A stretch of DNA of 64,000 bases from a virus (Duplodnaviria; Caudoviricetes), in the IMG/VR virus record IMGVR_UViG_3300028025_003146, positions 1 to 64,000 of that record, one strand, 5' to 3'. Shown here one piece after another: positions 9,125 through 18,714 of the stretch. The translations under genes were made by a program, and so were the position numbers. Positions within the stretch are counted from its first letter, which is position 1; every line of letters starts with the position of its first letter. The notes beneath the pieces were generated by a model. It was given only the letters and a program-made list of their open reading frames with translations. It made no database searches and had not been told where the DNA came from.

Positions 9125-9983
9125 TTATTTCCCTTTTATTTTCTAGAAATATATTCAGGCAGTACCCAGATATCGTATCTGGGTCTCCGTAATTCATATT
9201 GTCGTAATGTCCGTCCCTAGCATCAAATTTTGAATACATTCCTTCTCCGTGCCATTGATGTATATGGAATATGCCATCTAGGCTATCTTCAGAAAAACAA
9301 TTAGCATCAATAGAATCTGTAATAATAAACTTTTTTGAATCAAATAAAGAAGAAACTACAATTTCAGTAGCTATTAATGTTGATGTGCCAGAATACAAGG
9401 ACTTTAGCCAGGTGTCTTCTATTGTATCTCCGTACCTGCCATTTGGGCACAAATAATAAAATATGTCTTTGCATAAAATATCAGAAAGATTCATTACATT
9501 AATGATGTCTGAAGATGGGCCTATGAGGGTAGCCCCAGCATTAAACATTTTTTTATAATTAATATAATTAAATTTATTTGCCAGCTCGTAAGTCTGTTCG
9601 GTACATCTTTCAGTTAAAGAATAAAATCCAGGCCTGAAAGATATTTTTTCATCAAATATATACTTATTTAAATTCTCAGTAACAAAAACGTCTGTGTCTG
9701 TTTTTATTAAATAATCATATTCTTTTAATATGTGACTATTAGATTTTAAAAATTCCAGGGACTTGGCATATCTATATGTTTCGTAGTATGTATCTTTTGG
9801 AGACTCGTATTCATATACTAATACATTGTGTCTTTTTTTTATACTGCCGCATATTTCAGGCTCAGCAAATATAACAAAGGTAAACCTATTGTCTAATCTT
9901 CTGCCACTTAAAGTCATTTGATTAACTTCATCTACAAAGCTTCCGCCTTTATCTACAAAAGCAGTGATAGCTATTTTTGACAT
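9117..9983 (-). CDS. Putative GT-A-fold glycosyltransferase (DxD enzyme)
   Basis: YDYLIKTDTDVF, FNAG, FHIHQWH motifs; coupled to the GT60-type gene. Confidence 0.6.
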   Translation of the reverse strand: MSKIAITAFVDKGGSFVDEVNQMTLSGRRLDNRFTFVIFAEPEICGSIKKRHNVLVYEYESPKDTYYETYRYAKSLEFLKSNSHILKEYDYLIKTDTDVFVTENLNKYIFDEKISFRPGFYSLTERCTEQTYELANKFNYINYKKMFNAGATLIGPSSDIINVMNLSDILCKDIFYYLCPNGRYGDTIEDTWLKSLYSGTSTLIATEIVVSSLFDSKKFIITDSIDANCFSEDSLDGIFHIHQWHGEGMYSKFDARDGHYDNMNYGDPDTISGYCLNIFLENKREINV

Positions 9984-10405
9984 TACCAATTCCCTATAGG
10001 ACAACTTGAAGATTCAATTGATGAATACTCTTCTGCAAACACACCGAGTGCTTTACACTGTTTAGATATTGTAACAAATTCTGGGCAATTTGTACATAGC
10101 GAGTATCTTGAATTAGATACTTCCAGTGATGCCTTTTCAAGTTCTATTTGTTTCCACATTTCGGTATCAGCTAAAGGCTCATCTATGCTTACTCCAACTA
10201 TTTGAAATCCCAAATTTAAAAGCAATAAGGCTTTTTCTTTTCGAAGCAGATTAATCTCATCAATTTTTTCTTCCAATATCTCTAACGGGGTATCGTCTTG
10301 AGCATTACTATTTACAGAAGATCGAAGAATTTTAATCTCTGGAATAAGTAATAATTGCTGAGCTTCAATTTCTTTAATTCTATTTAGGTCATCTTTTTTT
10401 GTCAT
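9983..10405 (-). CDS. Helical domain fused to Cys4 domain (DUF6171-like)
   Basis: RYSLCTNCPE...QC...SCPIGNW; paralogue of 58236-58463. Confidence 0.7.
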   Translation of the reverse strand: MTKKDDLNRIKEIEAQQLLLIPEIKILRSSVNSNAQDDTPLEILEEKIDEINLLRKEKALLLLNLGFQIVGVSIDEPLADTEMWKQIELEKASLEVSNSRYSLCTNCPEFVTISKQCKALGVFAEEYSSIESSSCPIGNW

Positions 10406-10413
10406 ATTTCTCC

Positions 10414-12720
10414 TTATGGAATAGTTATTGATGAAGAATATCTATACGCACCACGATCTGAGGTTCCATTTGTAAAGATGTCTGTATAGTCTGTTAGTCT
10501 AAATCCGTATCCTTGAACACCAAACTGATAAGATCCATTAACGCAATCAGTATAAGAGTCTGTCGTGTCTGTTATTGTTGAGCTAAATGCATTGTGTCTT
10601 GCAACACCGCTTGTTGTTGCATTATTTATTCTTGTATTCCACCACATAAAATAAACATTGTCTGTTATGCTGTAAGTCCAAGTTCCAGTCAAGGTTCTTC
10701 CACTCTTAGATCTACCCACTGAGTTAACTGTAAATGCAGGAGTAACTGGTGCAGGCGTAGTAGTGGTAGTCGTAGTAGGTGCAGCCGTAGTAGTTGTAGT
10801 GGTAGGTGCGGGCGTAGTAGTTGTAGTGGTAGGTGCGGGCGTAGTCGTAGTAGTAGTGGTGGTAGTGGTGGTAGTCGTAGTAGTGGTAGTCGTAGTAGTT
10901 GTAGTAGGATTTGCTTCAGTTGTTGCTGTTGCAAATGCTGACCATCTGCTTACTCCAGTAGCGTTCTTTGAACGAACCCACCACCAGTATTGTGTATTTG
11001 CAGCTAAACCAGTTCTATTAGAGCTAGTTACATTTCCTATTTCATAATCTTCTGTAGTGTTTTTATCTATAATGTCACTATAATCTCCCACAGTACTATA
11101 ATATAAATGGTAATTAGTTGGTGATCCTCCTGCTGCATTCCAAGCCAAATCAATTCTGCTATTAGACATTCTTGTTGCTGTAAATCCAGTGGGTCTAGAT
11201 GGGAACTGTGGATTTACGTTAGATGTATTTTCAGAATAATCCCCTTCATCTTCTGTTCCTATCGACCAAAAGTCATCTCCAGTGTAATCGCCTATACCAT
11301 GTGCCTGAACCCCGAATCTATAAGAGGTCATGGTAAGTCCAGTTCCTCCAATGTCATTAAAAAAATCTGTAGTTTTATCTTCTGCATCTGTTGTATAAAA
11401 CACATGTTTTGCAGTTCCCTGTGTACTGGTATTTCTAAGTCTGGTATTTAACCAAAGAAGAGTTACGTTGGTAGTAGCAGTTCCAAATTTTGTCCAGGTT
11501 CCGTCTATTCTTCTATATATATTAGAAACAGCAGTAGGTACTCTATTTTCAAGAGTCTCTACAACTGCAGTTATTGGCCCTAAGTTTGGAGTGCTATGCT
11601 GTAGAGACACAGCTGATCCAAGTGAGGAATCGGTAACAAGTCTAATTAATTTACCTACAGCGGTCACATTAGTGCTTGTTCCGTCAAGATAAAATTTTGC
11701 TGGTATAACTACCGAGTGATCTTGGTTATGTGATGTATCAGTTCCGCTACCCAGTACTGTCCCATCAGATTTGTATATAGGTATCCAGGCTGAACGGTTA
11801 GTATTATAGTACTGGAACGTCCAATAAACTTTGTCTGGCTCTGGTGAGTATGTTCCAGTATTTGCTGTTATTGTATTGCCAATTTGCACACCAGTTGTTT
11901 TCCATGATGGCATCGTAACAATTACTGGGGCTGTTGCAATTGTACCAGTCGGAGTAGCCCAAGCACTGAATGTTGATCCACCAGTATTTACAGCTTTAAT
12001 TCTTCCTGATATCTTGTGTCCTAAATCATCATTTGAAATTAAATACGTGCTGCTGGTGTAGTCTGTGCGTATGGCTCCAGTGTCCTCCCACTTCCATTCG
12101 TACTCAAAAAGAGATGAGTCTGGTGATGTATCATTTGTCCTATCTGTAGTTGCTTTCCAATCTGGGTCTGTTTGCTTAAATATACCTACAGTCTGTCCAG
12201 GTTGTGGGGATCCAGGTGATGTTACGCCAATATAATATCCTCCATTAGTTGTTAGTGATACTGGAGCATACTTAACTATTTTAACTGGTGTAGCATTTGC
12301 TTCGTTAAAAAGTGTGCCGTCTGATGCACGTACAGTTACTGTTATCCATTTACCATCATCATCTGATGTTGTTGTGTATGCCGCTGAAGTTGCTGCACCA
12401 ATGGCTACGAATGGGCCTGCTTCTGCGTCTGATCTAACCCACTGTCTAGTAAAGGTAGTTGCGCCATCCCAGCTTCCATTTGTGCTGTCATATATATCAA
12501 ATGTTTTTCCGCCCAATCTTGGAGTAATTGTTGGAGAGCTATTAAGTGATGGGCCAGCACCCAAAAAAACTTGCACCCATTTGCTTGTAGTGCCCACAAG
12601 TTTTTTTACATACACAGTAGCTAAAGATGTCCAATTTCCATTCTTTTTTAAGTATATCTTCTTAAGCTCTACCCATTTGCTTGTGCCGCTTACGTCTTTC
12701 TTTAAATATGCTTTTGGCAT
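10414..12720 (-). CDS. Fibre/adhesin-like virion protein with Ig/Fn3 domains and poly-Thr mucin-like stalk
   Basis: N-terminal Y.KK..W repeats, Ig-like repeats, Fn3 (GLAANTQYWWWVRSKN), Thr tract, duplicated beta domain. Confidence 0.8.
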   Translation of the reverse strand: MPKAYLKKDVSGTSKWVELKKIYLKKNGNWTSLATVYVKKLVGTTSKWVQVFLGAGPSLNSSPTITPRLGGKTFDIYDSTNGSWDGATTFTRQWVRSDAEAGPFVAIGAATSAAYTTTSDDDGKWITVTVRASDGTLFNEANATPVKIVKYAPVSLTTNGGYYIGVTSPGSPQPGQTVGIFKQTDPDWKATTDRTNDTSPDSSLFEYEWKWEDTGAIRTDYTSSTYLISNDDLGHKISGRIKAVNTGGSTFSAWATPTGTIATAPVIVTMPSWKTTGVQIGNTITANTGTYSPEPDKVYWTFQYYNTNRSAWIPIYKSDGTVLGSGTDTSHNQDHSVVIPAKFYLDGTSTNVTAVGKLIRLVTDSSLGSAVSLQHSTPNLGPITAVVETLENRVPTAVSNIYRRIDGTWTKFGTATTNVTLLWLNTRLRNTSTQGTAKHVFYTTDAEDKTTDFFNDIGGTGLTMTSYRFGVQAHGIGDYTGDDFWSIGTEDEGDYSENTSNVNPQFPSRPTGFTATRMSNSRIDLAWNAAGGSPTNYHLYYSTVGDYSDIIDKNTTEDYEIGNVTSSNRTGLAANTQYWWWVRSKNATGVSRWSAFATATTEANPTTTTTTTTTTTTTTTTTTTTTTPAPTTTTTTPAPTTTTTTAAPTTTTTTTPAPVTPAFTVNSVGRSKSGRTLTGTWTYSITDNVYFMWWNTRINNATTSGVARHNAFSSTITDTTDSYTDCVNGSYQFGVQGYGFRLTDYTDIFTNGTSDRGAYRYSSSITIP
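10747..10908 (-). repeat. Poly-Thr / T6-7-PAP coding repeat
   Basis: 22 consecutive ACN codons (10840-10905) then three shorter Thr runs; mixed synonymous codons; one 27-nt unit duplicated. Confidence 0.95.
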
Positions 12721-12729
12721 GATCTTACC

Positions 12730-15243
12730 TTAATTATTCGTGCTAAACGCTAGGTCGCCGTTTTGACCGACGCTATTCCAGGTTGAACCTAGGATGGTTG
12801 TAGAGCTTGAGCCTGTAGTAAAAATTGCTCTTCCTCGTGTTACCTTTCCAGTTGCATCTGTTTGTAGCATAGCTGGTTGATCTTTTGAAGAAGTAGTGTA
12901 ATGTGCTACACCCCAGTTTTGCCCAGCTATAGTGCTATCTCCTATAAAGTAGAATCCCTTTTCGGTAGTATTGGCTCTTATTTCAAATCCCATGTACCCT
13001 AGACCACCAAGATAGTTTACATAGTTTGTTACTGCGCCACCTGAAGTTCCTGATGCATACCAGGTCTCTCCGTAATAAAATGCTGAATCTGGGAGCCCTC
13101 CTTCAAATAGGTTATCTGTAAACTTTACTGTATTTGATACAATGGTATTAGTGCTTGTAGTTGAGCCCCACTCATCAGTTACTGGGTCATATGTAGGGAT
13201 AGATACATATTCTGTAGTAGTTTGGGATGCTGGCATTATTGTATATCTCACATTAGTAAAGTTTAATCTTGTAGAGTCATCTGAAGTTTCTGTCTGACCT
13301 CCAGATGTGTTTGTACTTGCTGTCTGTTTTCCACTAAGGTTAATTGTAGCTCCAGTAATTGTACCGCCCTCAATTGTAGTTCCAGTAACTTTAGTTCCAG
13401 TTATAAGCCCGCCAGAAATAGTTCCAGTGTTAGAGTTTAAAGTAATTACTCCATTTGTAGATCCAGCTTTTGATGTAATTGTTTCTGAATTTATTTGCCA
13501 TCCGCTTGTAGTGTTACCCAGATATCCGCTGGAAGCTTTTATAACACCTGTTATATCAGCAGATGTTGCAGTAAGTCCTCCCGCTGCTGTTACTGTAAAC
13601 TGACCCGCAGCTCCCGCAGTAATAGATCCATCTGAACCTAAAGATGTGTTAGCCTTAGTGATGGCAGTAGATGTAATTGTCCATCCGCCGATTGATCCTT
13701 TATTAACGGTAATTCCAGACGCCGTGTCTAGCTGAAATAGGGTTCCACTTGCATCTGTTCCTTGAATACCAACTCCACCTGTGTATGCGCCTTGAGCATT
13801 CGTAAAAGCTCCCATTTCAATTTTGGTGCCCGTTGGAGTATTAAGTTTAAATTGACCATATGCTGTAGCACTTCCAACCTGTATAGCACCAGTAAAATTA
13901 CCAGCATTGGCATTGATAGTTCCAGTTACTGATAGGCTTGTTCCGTCCCACACAAGTTTATCTGTCGCACCACCAACTGATAAGTATGCAGCACTTGATA
14001 CGTTTGTATTTCCTTGAACATACCAGTAGTTATCTGGGGCAATGTAAAGGCCCTTTTTGGAATTATCTGAACTGATTCCATATCCTAATTTCATATCTCC
14101 AGCTGTGATTGCAACATCTGGTAAAAGAGAATTACTTACTGGAACTACTATGTCCTGATAAGTACGCCATTGAGTTTCATTAGTATTGCCATAAATATCA
14201 AATGTACTTACTGCAATCTCATAAGACTTTCCGCCTTTAAGACCATATATGTAAGAAGATGTTTTGTCTTTACCTGGAACAGACATATAGGTATAAGAAG
14301 AATTAGAGCCAGCTATTCTAAATCTTATTCTATATCCAGATGTGCTAGCGTCTGCATTTTCTGTCCATGTAAACAAAACTTTTTTGTCAAAAGAAAATAA
14401 CCCATTTGAATCATCAGTTAACGTAGTAGTGCCCACGTTAAAAGTATTAACTGGTGGAGTACTGTCAAAAACTATTGGATCGAATGGCACTGCCTCTTTA
14501 ACAATTGAAAAATTAGATTTTAATCCCGTGATAGATACGTGTTTAATTTTAATATAATTTGTAGATAAAGACGCAACCGTTATAATTGCTGGCCCCTTGC
14601 CAGAATATACCAGGTCGTATGTGCCAGCTTGAGAAGATGAAGTGTAAACCTCTGTGTAGTTGTATGTAGGGGAAGAGACCAATGCACCAGCCCACGAAAC
14701 TGTAAATCCATTTGATACAGAAAGCACTGACCAATCTGAGTCAGAAACATTTTGTCCGCTAATTGCATCCGCATATGGAGGTATTGCAAATGCTGTTCCA
14801 GTAGTTGATGTATCTATATAGACTGTTTTTAATAAACCAGTCAGGGTAGTTGGAAGAACGCCTGCAAAGTTATTAATTAATTCTTGTGACGAGATGATAG
14901 CTTTTTGTTGAGGTTTTGTTTTATCAATAGAATATGCAAAAGGAACTGTAACTGCTCCCGAAGTTATATAAATAGTAAATAGAGTAGAAAGTAATGGGGC
15001 TTCCCACGATATTTCTAAATTAATTCCGTTCCATACAGAAGTTACATTGCTTGCCTCTGGTCTAGAAATTTCTGGAGTAATAAGATTCTTAGAGGCAGAC
15101 CACAGACCATACGACCCGTCTGCAAATTTCCATCTAAATTGGATAGGAACTGTTCTCCCTGGGTCTAAATCTGGGATGACAACGTCAAACGTATCGCTGC
15201 CAGCAGCGCCTACGCTATAGTCACCTAGATCTTCAAAAGCCAT
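12730..15243 (-). CDS. Tail fibre / host-specificity protein with Fn3 domains
   Basis: Fn3 (GLKGGKSYEIAVSTFD), G.I.A..G.IGGW beta repeats, position after tail-tip genes. Confidence 0.75.
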   Translation of the reverse strand: MAFEDLGDYSVGAAGSDTFDVVIPDLDPGRTVPIQFRWKFADGSYGLWSASKNLITPEISRPEASNVTSVWNGINLEISWEAPLLSTLFTIYITSGAVTVPFAYSIDKTKPQQKAIISSQELINNFAGVLPTTLTGLLKTVYIDTSTTGTAFAIPPYADAISGQNVSDSDWSVLSVSNGFTVSWAGALVSSPTYNYTEVYTSSSQAGTYDLVYSGKGPAIITVASLSTNYIKIKHVSITGLKSNFSIVKEAVPFDPIVFDSTPPVNTFNVGTTTLTDDSNGLFSFDKKVLFTWTENADASTSGYRIRFRIAGSNSSYTYMSVPGKDKTSSYIYGLKGGKSYEIAVSTFDIYGNTNETQWRTYQDIVVPVSNSLLPDVAITAGDMKLGYGISSDNSKKGLYIAPDNYWYVQGNTNVSSAAYLSVGGATDKLVWDGTSLSVTGTINANAGNFTGAIQVGSATAYGQFKLNTPTGTKIEMGAFTNAQGAYTGGVGIQGTDASGTLFQLDTASGITVNKGSIGGWTITSTAITKANTSLGSDGSITAGAAGQFTVTAAGGLTATSADITGVIKASSGYLGNTTSGWQINSETITSKAGSTNGVITLNSNTGTISGGLITGTKVTGTTIEGGTITGATINLSGKQTASTNTSGGQTETSDDSTRLNFTNVRYTIMPASQTTTEYVSIPTYDPVTDEWGSTTSTNTIVSNTVKFTDNLFEGGLPDSAFYYGETWYASGTSGGAVTNYVNYLGGLGYMGFEIRANTTEKGFYFIGDSTIAGQNWGVAHYTTSSKDQPAMLQTDATGKVTRGRAIFTTGSSSTTILGSTWNSVGQNGDLAFSTNN

Positions 15244-15244
15244 T

Positions 15245-16168
15245 TTAGAATCCTAAATCCAATCTGTATTCAACTTCTACCTGTCTTCCAGATAACTTCA
15301 TAAGTGGTGTAGACAATACTGACCTACTTATTAAACCAAAATCTGGACTAAATGTATCTTCATCGTTAATTCTTAATGCATCCATATCTACTGAGGTAGA
15401 TGTTCCCCCTGCTGGAGTAATTGTAATTCCTATCTGATTGATATTAGAAGGATCTACATTTAATGTGCTAGCATTTGAAAAAAGATTGCTTAAGAGTATT
15501 CCAGGAGTTATCTTATATCCAGTGCCCGCCTCTGGAGTAATAGTGACAGAGTAATAGTTGTCTGGAGAGCTATAAAATTTAATAATAATATTGCTTAAAT
15601 TTGCATCTTGTTTAAAGTAAGCTAATCTAAGAGTATCATTTACGCTATAACCTGATAAGTCTATTTGTTGTACATTGCTTTTATATTCTTTTGCCGATGT
15701 TCCGTTTGAGGACATATTTAAAGTATACTGACCAACCCTAGAATTATTTGAAGATATAGATGGATTATTTGTCCAGTCTAGCTGACTTTCAAAATCTGCA
15801 ATAAATTTGCTATCGTAAGAACTAATAGAGTCTCTAAACTCTGGGTAGATTCCTACTTCTGTAATATAACCCGATACGTCTTGAGGAATTGTAGTTTTAT
15901 AAACTACAGAATAAGTGGTAGTGTCATTTAACGATTGTATATCAGTGCTACCAAACTCTACTGGAGTTCGATAAAATTCAAATCCCAGCCTTGTGTCTGC
16001 GTCTGTTGCTGATGCACTATCAATTCCAAAAGCCATGGATTTAGATGTAAACGAATCTCTTCCAGCTATAAGGTTTGTAAAAAATCTTTTACCGTATTTG
16101 GTAATAACATTTTTAGACCTGTATATCTCTTGGCCGTCTTGGTAATATATGTATGTTCCCTTTATCAT
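15245..16168 (-). CDS. Minor tail / baseplate protein
   Basis: NVITKYG, ITEVGIY fibre-anchor motifs with carbohydrate-binding-like insert. Confidence 0.7.
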   Translation of the reverse strand: MIKGTYIYYQDGQEIYRSKNVITKYGKRFFTNLIAGRDSFTSKSMAFGIDSASATDADTRLGFEFYRTPVEFGSTDIQSLNDTTTYSVVYKTTIPQDVSGYITEVGIYPEFRDSISSYDSKFIADFESQLDWTNNPSISSNNSRVGQYTLNMSSNGTSAKEYKSNVQQIDLSGYSVNDTLRLAYFKQDANLSNIIIKFYSSPDNYYSVTITPEAGTGYKITPGILLSNLFSNASTLNVDPSNINQIGITITPAGGTSTSVDMDALRINDEDTFSPDFGLISRSVLSTPLMKLSGRQVEVEYRLDLGF

Positions 16169-16176
16169 GATTCCCC

Positions 16177-16977
16177 TTAGATTGGTGTAGAATATCCTGA
16201 ATAATATGTTTTGCCGTCTGTTGCCAAAACAACCGCCCTAACTCTTAGCCATCTTTGAGAAGGAGTTGCCGCTGTATCTCCTTGCGCTGAGCTAACTCTA
16301 TAATTTCTAGTCTTTCCGCTATCTCCTATTGCTAGTAATCCGCCAGAGACATAAGACTTTGTTCCTGAACTTATTTTTGTACTCGTAACGCTTGAAGATG
16401 ATCTTATTTCCCACTGATAAGTAACTGACTCATAAGATCCTAATCCAGATACGTTGTTCCATCCCCAAGCCAGTGCCGTTCCAGTTCTATCGAAAGCAAC
16501 TGAAGGAACCGAAGGAGAAGGAGCAATAAATGCTACTGGGGTAGGTATGCTTAATGCTGGAGCTTGATTACTCTGCTGGCTTCTTGCGTCTACTCCCACT
16601 ACATTCTTTTTATCTTTACTTGAATTTCTAATTTTAATAATTGCTTTGATTCTAATAGAATTAAATGTATCAAAATATTGTTGATATGTTATATTTTCTA
16701 TATCTGTTAACTGAGGAATATCTATAATCTCTGCTGGTAGATTTGGATCTGGTGGTAATTTTTTATCTGCAAGACTTGTAGAAGAGCCTGAAGATCCTGA
16801 AGATCCTGATCCAGATCCTGTAATAAATGGACTTGCTACATCTGATTTAGAGCCTTCTTCAATATCTATTCCTACTGTTTTTCTTAAAAAAACACGGTCA
16901 GGAGAATTTTTTGGCAAAACAATTGGAGGTCCAACAACAACCGATTTACCATCAACTCTATTAGCGTCTTGTGTCAT
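16177..16977 (-). CDS. Minor tail protein (C-terminal Fn3-like domain)
   Basis: Position; GS linker; RWLRVRAV beta strand. Confidence 0.6.
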   Translation of the reverse strand: MTQDANRVDGKSVVVGPPIVLPKNSPDRVFLRKTVGIDIEEGSKSDVASPFITGSGSGSSGSSGSSTSLADKKLPPDPNLPAEIIDIPQLTDIENITYQQYFDTFNSIRIKAIIKIRNSSKDKKNVVGVDARSQQSNQAPALSIPTPVAFIAPSPSVPSVAFDRTGTALAWGWNNVSGLGSYESVTYQWEIRSSSSVTSTKISSGTKSYVSGGLLAIGDSGKTRNYRVSSAQGDTAATPSQRWLRVRAVVLATDGKTYYSGYSTPI

Positions 16978-17001
16978 TTTATTATTATATCATTTAGTCG
17001 A

Positions 17002-18714
17002 CTATAATGATCGACATGTGATCTCCGTATCTAGTCCTTCGTTAAACGTATGCCTAACATTTGTAACTATGAATTTTTGTGTTCCGTCTAGGCCTTGATA
17101 CAAATATTTAACAGAAACAATGTCGCCAACGGCAATAAATGGATTTCCAAATACTGATAAATTAATTAGTTTGCCTTTATTTACAATGCTGTTTTTAATC
17201 CAAGTGCCAAGTGCTTCTACATCTGAAAGATTTTGCAGCCAAGAGGACTCAAATATTATTGGCTCTTGATTTATATACTCTGACAAAACATCTGAGTTAT
17301 ACTCTAAAGTTCCAGACGGGGCAATAGTGTCTCCGTATAAATAAAACGTTGCTGCCTTTTCATCATTTAATGGAGTAAGAGCAGAGCTATTATTCAATAC
17401 GTATGTCTCCCCGCCAAAATTACTAACCTTTGATCCTAATATTTTTACAGACGTATTTAACCCTGTTGAGAATTTAATTGGGTATGCTGGGGCACTATTA
17501 TATCTTAAAGAAACTTTTCTTATCTCTCTAACTGAAGTTCCAAATTCATCTATGGCTGCAGGCTTAGCAGCATTATCTTGCTCTGCAGAATTATTATATA
17601 TGATATCACCAAAACCAATATTTAAATAATCATTAGAAAATGCGCCCCTATACATGTTGCTTACAAATTCAGAATCATTATATTTCTTTTCTTCTATATC
17701 TGTACCGTATACATAATCAAATATTGCCTCGCCATATTTACACGCAAGAGCAATTGTTTTTGTTGGCTTTAGCATTTGATTGACAGTTTTTTTACCGTCT
17801 TCGTCTTCATACATTCCCGAGCTGTCTGTGGCAGTAATTAAGAATCCATTTATGTATACATTAATCTTAATGCTTGATAGCTGCACCTTGACTTTAACAT
17901 CAATGTCATAGGACCTTCCTCCGTATACGCCATTGAGGCTTGTTACTGTATTTTTTTGACTATCATTTAATACACGTATGTCTCCGCCTTTTACTTTACA
18001 AATTCTAACTTCTTTTTTATTGACAGCGCCTGCTGTTTCTGTGCTATTAATAAAAATATAATATCCATCATTGCCTTGCCCATCCACAAAAAACCCTAGT
18101 CCTGCGGATTGCCTTGTTCTATCGATAGTAGAATCTAAAAACATTTTTGTGCCAAATGCGTAATGGCTTTTTGCGTATGATGCGTATTCTTCTTGAATGT
18201 AAGAGGGTAGGCCAGAGTAGGACAGAGTACTTGTTGGCAAAGATATTGCATTAAATGTTCTATAGGCTACTGAGTATTCTTTTGCACTCGTCGAGTTATT
18301 AGTTAGTCGTAAAAATGATTTTGCAGCCGCCGCTTTTGTCGGATCTACCACCATGCCTTTGTATCCTGCTACATTGTACTCAATTGGAGTAGTAAATGTT
18401 CTGTATGCAACATTTCCAAACCGTGTTCCGTCATATGCTTTTACTGAAATTGCATAAGGCTGATTAGTTGAAAGGTTTTCTATAGTAAATGGATTTGTGG
18501 TCTTCGTTACAGTTTGAGATGTTCCAGCAACAATATTGCCAGAGGCATCCAGCTTATAGTACGTGGCAGAGTAATTTACTGGCTCAGTTGTCATATTAGT
18601 TTTAGAAACTTTTACGGAAATTGAGGATGTTGAAGCAAAAGTAATTTCTGGTATGCCACCTATGTTAGTTGTTGACTGTGACACGTAAGGTTCAAATTCT
18701 CTATATGCTGCCAT
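17002..18714 (-). CDS. Minor tail protein (hub-like C-terminus, Fn3 and lectin-like domains)
   Basis: FGNPFIAVGDIVSV...FIVTNVRH tail-hub OB-like motif; Fn3 NLSTNQPYAISVKA. Confidence 0.75.
   Translation of the reverse strand: MAAYREFEPYVSQSTTNIGGIPEITFASTSSISVKVSKTNMTTEPVNYSATYYKLDASGNIVAGTSQTVTKTTNPFTIENLSTNQPYAISVKAYDGTRFGNVAYRTFTTPIEYNVAGYKGMVVDPTKAAAAKSFLRLTNNSTSAKEYSVAYRTFNAISLPTSTLSYSGLPSYIQEEYASYAKSHYAFGTKMFLDSTIDRTRQSAGLGFFVDGQGNDGYYIFINSTETAGAVNKKEVRICKVKGGDIRVLNDSQKNTVTSLNGVYGGRSYDIDVKVKVQLSSIKINVYINGFLITATDSSGMYEDEDGKKTVNQMLKPTKTIALACKYGEAIFDYVYGTDIEEKKYNDSEFVSNMYRGAFSNDYLNIGFGDIIYNNSAEQDNAAKPAAIDEFGTSVREIRKVSLRYNSAPAYPIKFSTGLNTSVKILGSKVSNFGGETYVLNNSSALTPLNDEKAATFYLYGDTIAPSGTLEYNSDVLSEYINQEPIIFESSWLQNLSDVEALGTWIKNSIVNKGKLINLSVFGNPFIAVGDIVSVKYLYQGLDGTQKFIVTNVRHTFNEGLDTEITCRSL

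Noticed and set aside
10689-11047. Alternative-frame ORFs (poly-Val on plus strand, Leu/Pro-rich on minus strand)
   Set aside because: Shadows of the ACN repeat, which lacks stop codons in those frames; no SD or promoter
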